Source: a virus (taxonomy: Duplodnaviria; Caudoviricetes). From it: a stretch of 64,000 nt of DNA. The notes beneath the pieces were generated by a model. The model saw only the letters and a program-made list of their open reading frames with translations. It was not told the origin of the DNA and made no database searches. Below, in pieces: positions 25,561 through 35,059 of this stretch; position 1 is the stretch's first letter; every line of letters starts with the position of its first letter. The position numbers were made by a program, and so were the translations under genes. The stretch covers positions 16,004 through 80,003 of the IMG/VR virus record IMGVR_UViG_3300005326_000046; one strand, 5' to 3'.

Positions 25561-27319
25561 ACGCCCTATCCCAGCCAACCCGGAGGCGGAGGAAGCCGTA
25601 CTTGGTTCCGCCTTGCTTGACCCAGACGCGATCGTCATCTTGTCTGGCATCCTCAAGCGCGGCGACTTCTACCGTGAGAAAAACGGGTGGATCTATCAGG
25701 CAATGCTTGACCTCCACAACGAGGGCAAGCCGATTGACTTCGTTACCCTGGTTGACGTCCTGGAGCGCAACGACCAGCTTACACAGATAGGCGGCGCGAG
25801 TTATCTCACGGGCCTGTTGAACAAGGTTCCGTCTGCCATGAATGCCGAGCATTACGCGGGCATCGTCGCACGTGCCGCCACCTTGCGCAGACTCATCGGT
25901 GTTGCAGGCATAATTGCTAATCTTGCCTACGACGAAACGACACCAGCGACAGAGATTGTCGATAAGGCGGAAACGCTAATCCTCGGCATGTCTGAGCGTA
26001 CGAGCCGCAACGAGCCCACACCCATCGGTGCGGGGCTGCGGGCCGTGGTGGATCGTCTGGACTACATCCAGCGCCACGAAGGCGAGCTGTTGGGTGTGCC
26101 CACGGGATTCGCTCGCCTTGACGGCCTGGTGGGTGGCTTCCAGAAGTCTGACCTGATCGTCCTTGCGGCGCGGCCAGGCGAGGGTAAAAGCTCATTCGCC
26201 ATGAACATCAGCCTGAACGCGGCCAAGGACTACGGGCAGCGCGTCGGCGTGTTTAGCCTGGAGATGAGCAAGATCGAGCTGGCGCAGCGGATGCTCGCCA
26301 CAGAGAGCGGAATTGACCAGAAGATGCTGCGGCGGGGCGGACTGAGCCCAGACGAATGGGCGCTACTGATGGAGACGGCTGGACGCATGGCCGAACTACC
26401 GATTTACATTGACGATTCAGCCAGCCTATCAGCGACTGAGCTACGCAGCAAGGCGCGCAAGCTCCAGGCGGAGCACGGTCTTGACTTCGTGGTTGTTGAC
26501 TACTTGCAATTGATGACGGGGGACGCGCGGGCGACGAATCGGGTGCAAGAGATCGCGACGATCACGCGCGGACTCAAGGCGCTGGCGCGCGAGCTGGATG
26601 TGCCTGTGCTGGCACTGTCGCAGTTGTCGCGGGCGATTGAGACCCGTAGCGAGAAGACGCCAATGCTATCAGACCTACGGGAAAGCGGATGTTTGGCCGG
26701 CAGCAGCATGATCGAGATAGCTGGTACGGCGTGGCCGGAACGAATTGACTCTCTTGTTGGGCGAGACAACCTGTATGTCGGGGCCATGAACCTTGCCAGT
26801 AGGAAGGTTGAGGCAAGTAAAGCCGGTAGCATATTTTACTCTGGCGTAAAGCCGCTTTATCTACTACGGCTTTCCAGCGACCTTATGATACGGGCAACAG
26901 CCAACCACAAGTTTTTCGTCAAGGGAGCGGGATGGAAACGACTTGACGCTTTGACTTGCGATGATGAGTTGGCCGTCAGAAACGAGCGCTTGGCGATTTG
27001 TGACGTGTCGTGGGCGCGGTTTGTTTCGCGCGAGTATGCAGGAACCGGAAAGACGTATGACATAACCGTGCCATGTTACAGCAACTTTGTTGCCAATGGG
27101 ATCATCTGTCACAACAGTATCGAACAAGATAGTGATATTGTCATGTTTATTAAGAAGCAAGACGCGGACGCCGCATCAGGCGGCTTGGCGAACGAGGATC
27201 TAGTGCGTATCGTCATCGGCAAGCACCGCAATGGGCCTACGGGCTCGTTTCCCCTCTTCTTCGACCGCAAGCGCACGCGGTTCCTGGAGCTTGAGACGGT
27301 GGAGAAGCCGCCGTATTGA
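25469..27319 (+). CDS. dnaB: Replicative DNA helicase DnaB containing a mini-intein
   Basis: EAEEAVLGS, TGFARLD, LAARPGEGKS, FSLEMS, VDYLQL, LSQLSR, SDLRESG/SIEQD, KHRNGPTG. Confidence 0.97.
   Translation: MVRYAKKMDLSTRPLRSLLERRVAQQQKPTERPIPANPEAEEAVLGSALLDPDAIVILSGILKRGDFYREKNGWIYQAMLDLHNEGKPIDFVTLVDVLERNDQLTQIGGASYLTGLLNKVPSAMNAEHYAGIVARAATLRRLIGVAGIIANLAYDETTPATEIVDKAETLILGMSERTSRNEPTPIGAGLRAVVDRLDYIQRHEGELLGVPTGFARLDGLVGGFQKSDLIVLAARPGEGKSSFAMNISLNAAKDYGQRVGVFSLEMSKIELAQRMLATESGIDQKMLRRGGLSPDEWALLMETAGRMAELPIYIDDSASLSATELRSKARKLQAEHGLDFVVVDYLQLMTGDARATNRVQEIATITRGLKALARELDVPVLALSQLSRAIETRSEKTPMLSDLRESGCLAGSSMIEIAGTAWPERIDSLVGRDNLYVGAMNLASRKVEASKAGSIFYSGVKPLYLLRLSSDLMIRATANHKFFVKGAGWKRLDALTCDDELAVRNERLAICDVSWARFVSREYAGTGKTYDITVPCYSNFVANGIICHNSIEQDSDIVMFIKKQDADAASGGLANEDLVRIVIGKHRNGPTGSFPLFFDRKRTRFLELETVEKPPY
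26690..27115 (+). mobile_element. Mini-intein (142 aa, no homing endonuclease) at the RESG/SIEQD site
   Basis: Begins CLAG, block B TANHKF, block F/G TYDITVP..NFVANGIICHN, followed by Ser. Confidence 0.95.
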
Positions 27320-27393
27320 CATGTACGCGTTTCGCCGTTTTGGGTACACGTTCTGCGTACATGTCGCCAACGGGTACACGTGCAGGGAGTCGT

Positions 27394-27729
27394 ATGTTTG
27401 ACCTACTATTCGCACTCATGGTTACAGCAACCGTCACCGGCTATGCTCCATCTGCTGGTGGAATCAACTGTGACGGCAACTGCGGTGTCACGGCGGCCGG
27501 GCTGCAACCAGGGCCCACGATAGCCGCCTGTGGCGACGCGTGGCCGATTGGCGCGGTTCTATGGGTCAGGCGCGCAAGGCGCGTCGTCGTGTGTGGCGAT
27601 CGCTTCGGGCCTGGAGCGCCGAGACGCGCGGTTGACTTGTGGTTCGCGACGAGGCAAGAGGCGCTGAAGTGGGGCAGGCGCGAGAGCCTCATCGTTTCCA
27701 TCGGCAAGGTCAACTTGCACCGCGAGTAA
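27394..27729 (+). CDS. 3D-domain / double-psi beta-barrel cell-wall protein
   Basis: VTATVTGY...TAAG...IAAC..WPIG...VCGDRFG...VDLWF...ALKWGRR; SD AGGGAG. Confidence 0.75.
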   Translation: MFDLLFALMVTATVTGYAPSAGGINCDGNCGVTAAGLQPGPTIAACGDAWPIGAVLWVRRARRVVVCGDRFGPGAPRRAVDLWFATRQEALKWGRRESLIVSIGKVNLHRE

Positions 27730-27798
27730 AATTCCTTTGCATCAAAGTCCTCGTCGTTATAATTTTGAGCCAATTGTTATAATGCATCGTCCCCCACG

Positions 27799-27919
27799 AA
27801 CCTTAAAGATTCGCGTCGCGTCGAAACTCGCGCGGATTCCCTATTGACATGCAGTGCGAGATATGCTATAATCATGGTGTAGTTAGGAAGTCAACCAAGC
27901 AACACGGAGGGATACGATG
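27799..27919 (+). repeat. Promoter cassette copy 1 (AACCTTAAAG, imperfect hairpin, TTGACA 27844/TATAAT 27867, GTAGTTAGGA, SD, ATG)
   Basis: Aligns over about 115 bp with copies at 30161 and 34367. Confidence 0.9.
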
Positions 27920-28285
27920 GGCAAGCGTGTGTCAAACCAGGAAATTGCAGCAATGATCATCACAACCAAATACAACGACTTTGCTCCAGCCATATACAAT
28001 GTAGTTGACTACCGCAACGTTAGGGTGGCAAGCTTTTTGGAACCAGTTCGCGATGAGACTAGGGTTCCTAGCATCATTGCATACTATGAAGATAAGGGTT
28101 ATATCTGTGAAGTTCGGGAGAATCGCGGCGACTTCATGGACACCATACAGAACGTGATCATAGTAACACACAACACGGCTCAACACGTGAGTTTCCGTAG
28201 CTGGGGGGCTGCGGCTGCCTACGTGCGCAGCAACTACACGGCCCTTGCGGCCGCCAGAACAGCCTTTTACGCCAACGCCGACTAG
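27917..28285 (+). CDS. Hypothetical protein
   Basis: First gene behind cassette 1, SD GGAGG. Confidence 0.7.
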   Translation: MGKRVSNQEIAAMIITTKYNDFAPAIYNVVDYRNVRVASFLEPVRDETRVPSIIAYYEDKGYICEVRENRGDFMDTIQNVIIVTHNTAQHVSFRSWGAAAAYVRSNYTALAAARTAFYANAD

Positions 28286-28334
28286 ATATTCCCACCCACA
28301 GGCGAGCCGGCGCCTAATCCGGCAGGAGAGTGAC

Positions 28335-28763
28335 ATGTCAAATCTAGGAGTGGGATACTTGATCAACGCGATGCTTCGTGGCAATGTAGAATCTGTCAAT
28401 GTTGCGAAATCATCCTACGGCAAGACCATCGCGGCACTTGAGAAGGGCAGCCATGATGGCGAGGAAGCGTTGATCTTCACCTTCACCGATGGGGTAAAGA
28501 TGGCACTGTGGGACGATGCCCGCTCATGTTGTGAGAGTCGGTACCTGCACACGGACGATGATCTGTCCAGTGTTGTGGGCGCAGAACTCGTATTGTTGGA
28601 CGTGCGAGATGGCGGAGTGAAAGACGACGAAGACGGTAGTCATGAGTGGGCGTTCTTGCACATCATCACGGACAAAGCAACCGTGGTGGTAGAGACCCAC
28701 AACGAACACAACGGCTACTACGGCGGCATTGATCCGCGATGTGAACTCATCACGGAAGACTGA
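28335..28763 (+). CDS. Hypothetical phage protein (SCCESRY / HNEHNGYYGG motifs)
   Basis: SD AGGAGAG, ATG 28335. Confidence 0.75.
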   Translation: MSNLGVGYLINAMLRGNVESVNVAKSSYGKTIAALEKGSHDGEEALIFTFTDGVKMALWDDARSCCESRYLHTDDDLSSVVGAELVLLDVRDGGVKDDEDGSHEWAFLHIITDKATVVVETHNEHNGYYGGIDPRCELITED

Positions 28764-28777
28764 AACAAGGAGAGAAC

Positions 28778-29791
28778 ATGACTAACCAACCACAGAACCA
28801 GAAGCAAGGCCGCGAGTTGGCGCCGCGGCAGGAACAGGACGCAGAGATCGTTGTTCAGCCAAGCAACAAGATCCCAGATGAGATCCTGCAAGTTGCTGCG
28901 ACCCTTCACGCCATGGCGGTTGAGGGTGGAGGGGGTATCTCGAAGGCCGCCGCAATTCGCGCCGCACAGTACTTGCGCGATACGGGAGACACGCTTGGCC
29001 GCGACGTCTATCTGGGTACGAAGGGTAACGTTGCCGGCCAGATCATGGATGGCTATCAGGGCGTAGCAAAGCGCGTCAAGCGTGACTACTATGCCAAGTA
29101 CCGCCGCCCAACAGCAGAGGAAATGGAAGACCATGAGATGGACCCCAATGGCAGCGCGCTTATCTGTGAGGTGTACGTTTACGACCTCATGGAGAGGGCG
29201 CGGCGAGTGGGGATGCCGTATGAACCAATAATCGGAATCTGCTACTACGGGCCAAGGGTGGAGTTTCGCGTTCCTCCGACGAAGACGCGCCGCTGGGTGC
29301 TTGAGAAAAACGCCCTCAAAGATGCGCTGCGTCACGTGTCTGGCGTACCAACAACCCTCGGCGAAGCCATGGAGATCGCGGAAGAGCACGGCGTAGACCC
29401 AGACCTGATCAAGGACCTTGACGGCATCACGCCACGGCAGGCCATGGACTACGTTGATGCCGTTGTGCGCGTCCAATCTGCCGAGCCAGAAGAACCCGAG
29501 TCCGAGCCGTCAGAGGAAGGCCTGATCATCACGAAGGCCGCGGTCAAGGGATGGGAAAAGATGTGCCTGATCCTGGCGAACTCTGATCCGTACTTCGCGC
29601 TCGATGCCCCGGACAAGCCCAACGTGGACTTGATTGTCAAGTTGGCGACCCAGGCGCTTGGATTTGACACCGTAACCGTGAGGAACCTGTCCGAGATCCA
29701 GCAAGCGCTGGTCGAGTACCACAAGGCTGAACGGGAAGAGCTTGACGATGATCAGGGTGACCTGTTCTCAGAAGACCCAGAATGGAAATAG
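28778..29791 (+). CDS. Putative single-strand annealing recombinase (RecT/Red-beta-like)
   Basis: GYQG near the N-terminal core and EKNALKDALRHV resembling the K-x-A-x-x-x-A-L-R motif; acidic tail; lies near sbcC/sbcD. Confidence 0.5.
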   Translation: MTNQPQNQKQGRELAPRQEQDAEIVVQPSNKIPDEILQVAATLHAMAVEGGGGISKAAAIRAAQYLRDTGDTLGRDVYLGTKGNVAGQIMDGYQGVAKRVKRDYYAKYRRPTAEEMEDHEMDPNGSALICEVYVYDLMERARRVGMPYEPIIGICYYGPRVEFRVPPTKTRRWVLEKNALKDALRHVSGVPTTLGEAMEIAEEHGVDPDLIKDLDGITPRQAMDYVDAVVRVQSAEPEEPESEPSEEGLIITKAAVKGWEKMCLILANSDPYFALDAPDKPNVDLIVKLATQALGFDTVTVRNLSEIQQALVEYHKAEREELDDDQGDLFSEDPEWK

Positions 29792-29801
29792 GGAGGGCGA
29801 C

Positions 29802-30140
29802 ATGGGCAAGAGAAAACAAGCAGGACAAGAGGCAATCGCGCAACTGAACGAGTACGCGTGGGCGGAGAATCAGTCCAACATTACGATTCTGCATATGTAT
29901 CCCGGCAAGCTGGCGTACCCAGAGGGGTTTTACGGCGATCGGTGGTTTCAGTTGGTTGGCTATGACGATGTAAGCAAGACACGGGTCGACCTTGGGCAAC
30001 ACGATCGAATCAACATTGAGGATGGAGTGGTGGTGCGACACGTCGAGATCTTCGCGGATGGGTCCACACTTGTGATGTTCGGCAAACCCGTTGAGGTAGA
30101 TGACAATCAGGCCGCCAGCGTTTGTCCAGCGTACTGTTAG
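29802..30140 (+). CDS. Hypothetical protein
   Basis: SD GGAGGG, ATG 29802. Confidence 0.65.
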   Translation: MGKRKQAGQEAIAQLNEYAWAENQSNITILHMYPGKLAYPEGFYGDRWFQLVGYDDVSKTRVDLGQHDRINIEDGVVVRHVEIFADGSTLVMFGKPVEVDDNQAASVCPAYC

Positions 30141-30160
30141 TATCGCGCGTGTGGCGTGCC

Positions 30161-30280
30161 AACCTTAAAGAATCCGCACTTGCGCAAACTCGTGCGGATT
30201 CCCTATTGACACGAGACGCATGATATGCTATAATCAAGGCGTAGTTAGGACAGCAACCAAGCAACAGGGGGGACACGATG
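30161..30280 (+). repeat. Promoter cassette copy 2
   Basis: AACCTTAAAG, 9-bp stem AATCCGCAC/GTGCGGATT, TTGACA 30206-N17-TATAAT 30229, GTAGTTAGGA, SD, ATG. Confidence 0.92.
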
Positions 30281-30655
30281 AAGGCATACATGGTCACGTG
30301 GACAAAGTCACCGAAGAGCCGCCGATTCTATACGTGGATCAGGTATGCCGAAACCCTTGAAGCGGCAGCGGAAAGTGCAACAAGGGCAATTGACGAAGAG
30401 ACATTCGGCGAAGGCATATTGATCAACGTAATAGCCGCCCCCGTTATTGGAGACGCGGTCACCGTCAAGGGCAAGACCTACGTAATCGAGACCATTCACA
30501 CGGCTGACTCAACGCAAGCGGAACATCCTCACTATGCACAGAGTATGCGGGACCGTGGTCTTATCGCAAGCGGGAGTTGCCGCCTGGCAAGTGGCCGCAA
30601 GGTCCACGGCATTGACTGGTGGAAGAGCGGATCAGTGACGCTGTTTGATGTCTAG
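30278..30655 (+). CDS. Hypothetical protein
   Basis: First gene behind cassette 2. Confidence 0.7.
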   Translation: MKAYMVTWTKSPKSRRFYTWIRYAETLEAAAESATRAIDEETFGEGILINVIAAPVIGDAVTVKGKTYVIETIHTADSTQAEHPHYAQSMRDRGLIASGSCRLASGRKVHGIDWWKSGSVTLFDV

Positions 30656-30702
30656 TGTTCGACTCCCCCGGTCGGGCGATAGCCGGCAGAAGGAACTTTG
30701 CG

Positions 30703-31008
30703 ATGCATTACTATACTTGCACTCAGGGGTTCGAACTTCCTTTTGAGTCCGAGGCGGCAGCATTTGATGGTATATTCCGCGCGATCCTGGATGACGCCGC
30801 GCAATCATGGGAACTAGAGTGCTACACTGGGATAGAGCTTGTCCGGGACGATGGAGAGTCACAGTGGGTTTATGATACGGGAACCGGATACTCTGCTGTG
30901 TCATCAACTGTTCAGGATACGATTCGCGAGGCCCTTGTCTACTTGGACCGGGGCGGCACATGGCGATTTGTGGGGCCACTGGACCTTGAATGCGGTCGCT
31001 GCTACTAA
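30703..31008 (+). CDS. Hypothetical protein
   Basis: SD AAGGA, ATG 30703. Confidence 0.65.
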   Translation: MHYYTCTQGFELPFESEAAAFDGIFRAILDDAAQSWELECYTGIELVRDDGESQWVYDTGTGYSAVSSTVQDTIREALVYLDRGGTWRFVGPLDLECGRCY

Positions 31009-31057
31009 TCACACACGCCCCACCGGTCGGGCAAAAGGCCTATAGAAGGAGAATCTT

Positions 31058-31300
31058 ATGCGTGGCAAGGCGGAGGCGGTAGCACGAAGTCTCTTGCGCG
31101 AACTGGGGAAGGACCCCAAAGATATCTCGCCAGACGAGGCACTTGTGGTGCTAGATGATTTTGAGCGAACCAATCCGAACCATGACGCGTCTGTGTGGTA
31201 TCGCACCGCGACTGACAATCAGATCAGGTTGTTCAAACGAGAATGGCAGGGACGGCAGAGGTATTATGCAGAAAGAGATAGACTGGCTAGCGCGCGCTGA
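31058..31300 (+). CDS. Hypothetical protein
   Basis: SD AAGGAG. Confidence 0.65.
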   Translation: MRGKAEAVARSLLRELGKDPKDISPDEALVVLDDFERTNPNHDASVWYRTATDNQIRLFKREWQGRQRYYAERDRLASAR

Positions 31301-31484
31301 GTACTACGGTAAGGAAGCTGCCGCCAATGGCAGGCGGCACATGTCCGCGGATGATCGAGAGGATATTGCTCTAGCCTATGGTGTGTCAAGGTGGCTTGAT
31401 ATACCATTTTACGAACGTGACGCGGCGATGGAGTGCTTTCGTCGCGGTTGGGACATAGAAAAACGGAACCAACGCGGCTTTTGA
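31266..31484 (+). CDS. Hypothetical protein
   Basis: ATG 31266, overlapping the previous gene. Confidence 0.55.
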   Translation: MQKEIDWLARAEYYGKEAAANGRRHMSADDREDIALAYGVSRWLDIPFYERDAAMECFRRGWDIEKRNQRGF

Positions 31485-31507
31485 AGCGCAACAAAAGGAG
31501 AGAGACC

Positions 31508-31822
31508 TTGAAGCACAACGATAAGAGATGCACGACCTGGGACAAGAACGAACCTTCGACTTTCAGCGATATCACCTTTGCTCCAAACTATGACCAGCCG
31601 CCGCACATATGGATCGAATTCGCTAACGGATATACGGCATCCATCATTTTCTGGAGTGACGCGTTTGAGATGGCGTGCATGAACAAGCTCGGAGTCGTGT
31701 ACAATACCGCATTTGGCGATGACGTACGCTATTCCCTCGACGAAGCCAGTGTAACTGAGGGACTGCGGATCATCCACGGGTTGTCGCCCATTCCGTTTCG
31801 CTTCAAGGAGAGAAAGGCATGA
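31508..31822 (+). CDS. Hypothetical protein
   Basis: SD AAGGAGAG, TTG start 31508. Confidence 0.6.
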   Translation: MKHNDKRCTTWDKNEPSTFSDITFAPNYDQPPHIWIEFANGYTASIIFWSDAFEMACMNKLGVVYNTAFGDDVRYSLDEASVTEGLRIIHGLSPIPFRFKERKA

Positions 31823-34368
31823 TCCCCAACAAACTAACCCTACACAACTTCATGTGCTATCGCGGCACACAAGAAGTGGACCTCACGGGCATGCCGCTTG
31901 TCTGCCTCACTGGCGACAACGGGCACGGCAAGTCCAGCGTCCTGGACGCCATCACGTGGGCGCTCTTCGGCCAGGCACGCGCCAACCGTGACGATGAACT
32001 CATCACCCTTGGCGAGTCCGACATGTCCGTCACGCTGGACTTTGAGTTGACGGGCCATCCGTACCGCATCGAACGCGGCCGCAATGCCGTGCGCCAGAAG
32101 TCATCACTGGCATTCTGGCTGATGGGAACTGGCGAGACAGGCACGGACATGGGCGGATCTGGCATCCGTGAGACACAGGCGGCCATCGTCAACACGCTCC
32201 ACCTGGACTACGATTCCTTCGTCAACTCCTGCATGTTGGTGCAGGGGCGATCGGATTCGTTCATGGTCAAGCGACCAGCCGAGCGCAAGCAGGTGCTTGC
32301 CGACATCCTTGGGCTCGGCGACTGGGAGCAATACGAGGCCACGTGCGCGGGGCTGCTGTCTGCGGCCAAGAACCGCGCGACAGAGATCGAAGCACAGGCG
32401 AAGCTCATCGAAGGCAAGATTGAAGCCGAGAGCGACGCGACCGCTGCGCTAGAATCGTGCGAAAGTGCCCTGAACGTTGGGCTTTTGGGGGTGAAAACGG
32501 CGCAAACCCGCAAAGACGATGCGGAAGCCTCGTTGACCAAATATCGCGGCTTTCGGTCCACACAGGCAGCGAAGTTGGACGTCTTGAACCGCGAGAGGCG
32601 GGAGATAGTCGCGTTGGTAGACGCATTGTCCGCGGATGGTATCGCGCGTGGGCAACTTGCCACCATCAAGGAGCGCAGCGCGGAGATCATCGCGGCCTAC
32701 AACCAGCTGGTTGCATTGCGCCAGGCGGAAAGCAACCTGGTTGACCGGTCGCAGCGCCACATGGCGGCAAGCAAGCGCGTCAATGTCGCTGAGGGCGCGC
32801 TGATTGACTGGCAGCATGGATTGGAGATGCGCCAGCAACAGGCGACCAAGGACATCCTACGACTGTCGGCGGCGCTCAATGAGATTGGGCACAAGATCAA
32901 TGCCCGCGACCTACTGATCAGCAACCTTGAACTACTGAGTAACCTAGATGCCGCGCTTGTAGACAACGAAAACGAACGCAAGTCTCTTGAGGCAGAAACC
33001 ACGGAAGTGCGTGACGTGCGTTCTGCGCTGAAGTTTGCCCGCGATAGCGCGTCGCAACGATTGTCAAGCGCGGCAAGCCTACAGGTCGGCGGATCATGCC
33101 CTACTTGCGGTCAAGGGCTAAGTGAAGAGCACATCACATCCTTGCAATCGGAGACTGAAGCTGAGTGGTTTGAGACCAACGCCCAACTAAAGGCGGCTGA
33201 TGGTGCACTTGAGTTTCTAGCGCGACGCACAGAGGCATACCGAAAAGAGGCCGCTGAACTTCAGCGCAAGGTGACCCAGAGGATTGAATTACAAACTGCT
33301 ATCGCGTCTATCACAGAGGCCATTGACGGGGCAGGCGGGTTGCGCGACGAATTGAAGACTGCCCACAGTGAAGGCGATACCGTTTCAAAAGAACTCGGAA
33401 GCAGAACATCCCTGCACGAGGAACGCGACGAGGCCAAGGTGGCACTAGATGAGATCGGCTACTGTTCTGCGGACCATGCCGCCTTGCGCGTGGAGCTTGC
33501 CAACAAGGCGAACGCGGAGCGCGACTACCAGGCATTGCTTGGGACCGAAACCGAACTACTGACGATCGAGCGCCGCATCCAGGAGCGCGAACATGCCTTG
33601 ACGGAGAAGAGGCAACAGGCCGCAGCACTTGAGGCAGAAGTCGTCGCGCTGGAAGCGCAATGCGCCAACGAAGAGAATGAGCGATCGGTTCTGCGGGCGG
33701 CAGAGGCAGAGTTGCAACGGGCGCAGGACGATCTTGTCGCAGCCCAACGCCAGGAAACCATCGCTCGCCAACGTGTGCAAAATTTGCAACAGTTGGAGGC
33801 CGAACTCAAGGACCTGGAATACGGACGCGCCCAATCCGAACGTGAGACGGCCCGGTTGGCAATGCTGCGCGAGGCGTTCGGCAAGCGCGGCGTGCCGGCT
33901 CTCATCATTGACAGCGTCCTGCCGGAGATCCAATCCGAGGCGAACGTGCAGCTTGACAGGATGACCGATGGCCGTATGACCGTGCGACTTGAGACCCTGC
34001 GCGATAAGGTTACTGGAGGCGGGGCAATCGAGACGCTGGACGTCATCATTGGCGACGAATTGGGCGAACGGCCCTACGAACTGTACAGCGGTGGAGAAGC
34101 GTTCCGGGTCAATCTAGCGCTGCGCATTGCCATCAGCAAGCTATTGACGCGGCGCGCAGGGGCGCGGTTGCAAACACTGATCATTGATGAGGGGTTCGGT
34201 AGTCAGGATGTACGCGGGCGCGAGTTGCTCCTAGAGACGATCAACGCTGTGCGCCAGGACTTCGAGCGGGTCATCGTCGTGACGCACATCGAAGAGTTGA
34301 AGGACGCATTCCCGGCGCGGTTGGTTGTGCGCAAGGGCGTGGACGGGTCGCGCGTATACGTGGAGTAA
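31819..34368 (+). CDS. sbcC: SbcC/Rad50-like SMC ATPase
   Basis: Walker A GDNGHGKSS, Q-loop LVQG, zinc hook CPTCGQ, signature YSGGE, Walker B IIDEGFG, H-loop VTH. Confidence 0.95.
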   Translation: MIPNKLTLHNFMCYRGTQEVDLTGMPLVCLTGDNGHGKSSVLDAITWALFGQARANRDDELITLGESDMSVTLDFELTGHPYRIERGRNAVRQKSSLAFWLMGTGETGTDMGGSGIRETQAAIVNTLHLDYDSFVNSCMLVQGRSDSFMVKRPAERKQVLADILGLGDWEQYEATCAGLLSAAKNRATEIEAQAKLIEGKIEAESDATAALESCESALNVGLLGVKTAQTRKDDAEASLTKYRGFRSTQAAKLDVLNRERREIVALVDALSADGIARGQLATIKERSAEIIAAYNQLVALRQAESNLVDRSQRHMAASKRVNVAEGALIDWQHGLEMRQQQATKDILRLSAALNEIGHKINARDLLISNLELLSNLDAALVDNENERKSLEAETTEVRDVRSALKFARDSASQRLSSAASLQVGGSCPTCGQGLSEEHITSLQSETEAEWFETNAQLKAADGALEFLARRTEAYRKEAAELQRKVTQRIELQTAIASITEAIDGAGGLRDELKTAHSEGDTVSKELGSRTSLHEERDEAKVALDEIGYCSADHAALRVELANKANAERDYQALLGTETELLTIERRIQEREHALTEKRQQAAALEAEVVALEAQCANEENERSVLRAAEAELQRAQDDLVAAQRQETIARQRVQNLQQLEAELKDLEYGRAQSERETARLAMLREAFGKRGVPALIIDSVLPEIQSEANVQLDRMTDGRMTVRLETLRDKVTGGGAIETLDVIIGDELGERPYELYSGGEAFRVNLALRIAISKLLTRRAGARLQTLIIDEGFGSQDVRGRELLLETINAVRQDFERVIVVTHIEELKDAFPARLVVRKGVDGSRVYVE

Positions 34369-34483
34369 CCTTAAAGAATCCGCACTTGTGGAAACTCGTG
34401 CGGATTCCCTATTGACATTGGGTGCGAGATATGCTATAATCAGGGCGTAGTTAGGACAGCAAGCTACACAGGAGGATACGATG
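34367..34483 (+). repeat. Promoter cassette copy 3 (between sbcC and sbcD)
   Basis: AACCTTAAAG, AATCCGCAC/GTGCGGATT stem, TTGACA 34412-N17-TATAAT 34435, GTAGTTAGGA, SD GGAGG, ATG 34481. Confidence 0.92.
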
Positions 34484-34780
34484 GTAAGCTTTGAAAAATG
34501 GGCCAGCGAATATACCTGGAAGGTCCGCAAGAATCCGAACAGGGTAGTAAGTTTCCAGGTTCCAAACGCCGACATCGAGGACTATGGTTGGACCATCATC
34601 GAAAAACGCGACGGTACCTTTTTCGTCACAGCATACCGGATGAGCGGCGGGGAAGTTAGTCTGCCATTCCACACCTTCGACAACGCAGAGGACGCAAAAC
34701 TCTGGGCGATGCGCTGGGATTTCGACCGCCAACGACGTTTGGTGGATGAATTTAGAGCAGATGAGAGCATCGAACTTTGA
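34481..34780 (+). CDS. Hypothetical protein
   Basis: First gene behind cassette 3. Confidence 0.7.
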   Translation: MVSFEKWASEYTWKVRKNPNRVVSFQVPNADIEDYGWTIIEKRDGTFFVTAYRMSGGEVSLPFHTFDNAEDAKLWAMRWDFDRQRRLVDEFRADESIEL

Positions 34781-34822
34781 ATCACGCCCAGCCGGGCGAC
34801 AGCCGGCAAAAGGAGCCCATAC

Positions 34823-35059
34823 ATGACGCGGGATGAACTGTCAAAACTAGAAGCAGAGTCAACTCAAAAGGCGCTATATCAGCGCCTTTGTGGAGGCAGC
34901 GTGATAACATATACTGGAAATTATGCCGCATTCTACATTGAAATTTATAGGGACAAGACCTATGCGGTGTTTGATAAGGAGTGGAAAAAGCTGAGCGTGA
35001 GAGTCTTGCCGGGATGGATAGGGCCACTTGACCTTCGCGAAGATGAGGTGCGCGCTTGA
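34823..35059 (+). CDS. Hypothetical protein
   Basis: SD AAGGAG. Confidence 0.65.
   Translation: MTRDELSKLEAESTQKALYQRLCGGSVITYTGNYAAFYIEIYRDKTYAVFDKEWKKLSVRVLPGWIGPLDLREDEVRA

Noticed and set aside
27756-27783. GTTATAAT twice, 20 bp apart, upstream of cassette 1
   Set aside because: No -35 at a usable spacing; cannot be supported as promoters, possibly just an AT-rich UP-like region.
30650-30700. GTTCGACTCCC T-loop-like motif suggesting a tRNA
   Set aside because: No D arm, anticodon arm or acceptor stem can be built, and the upstream sequence is coding.
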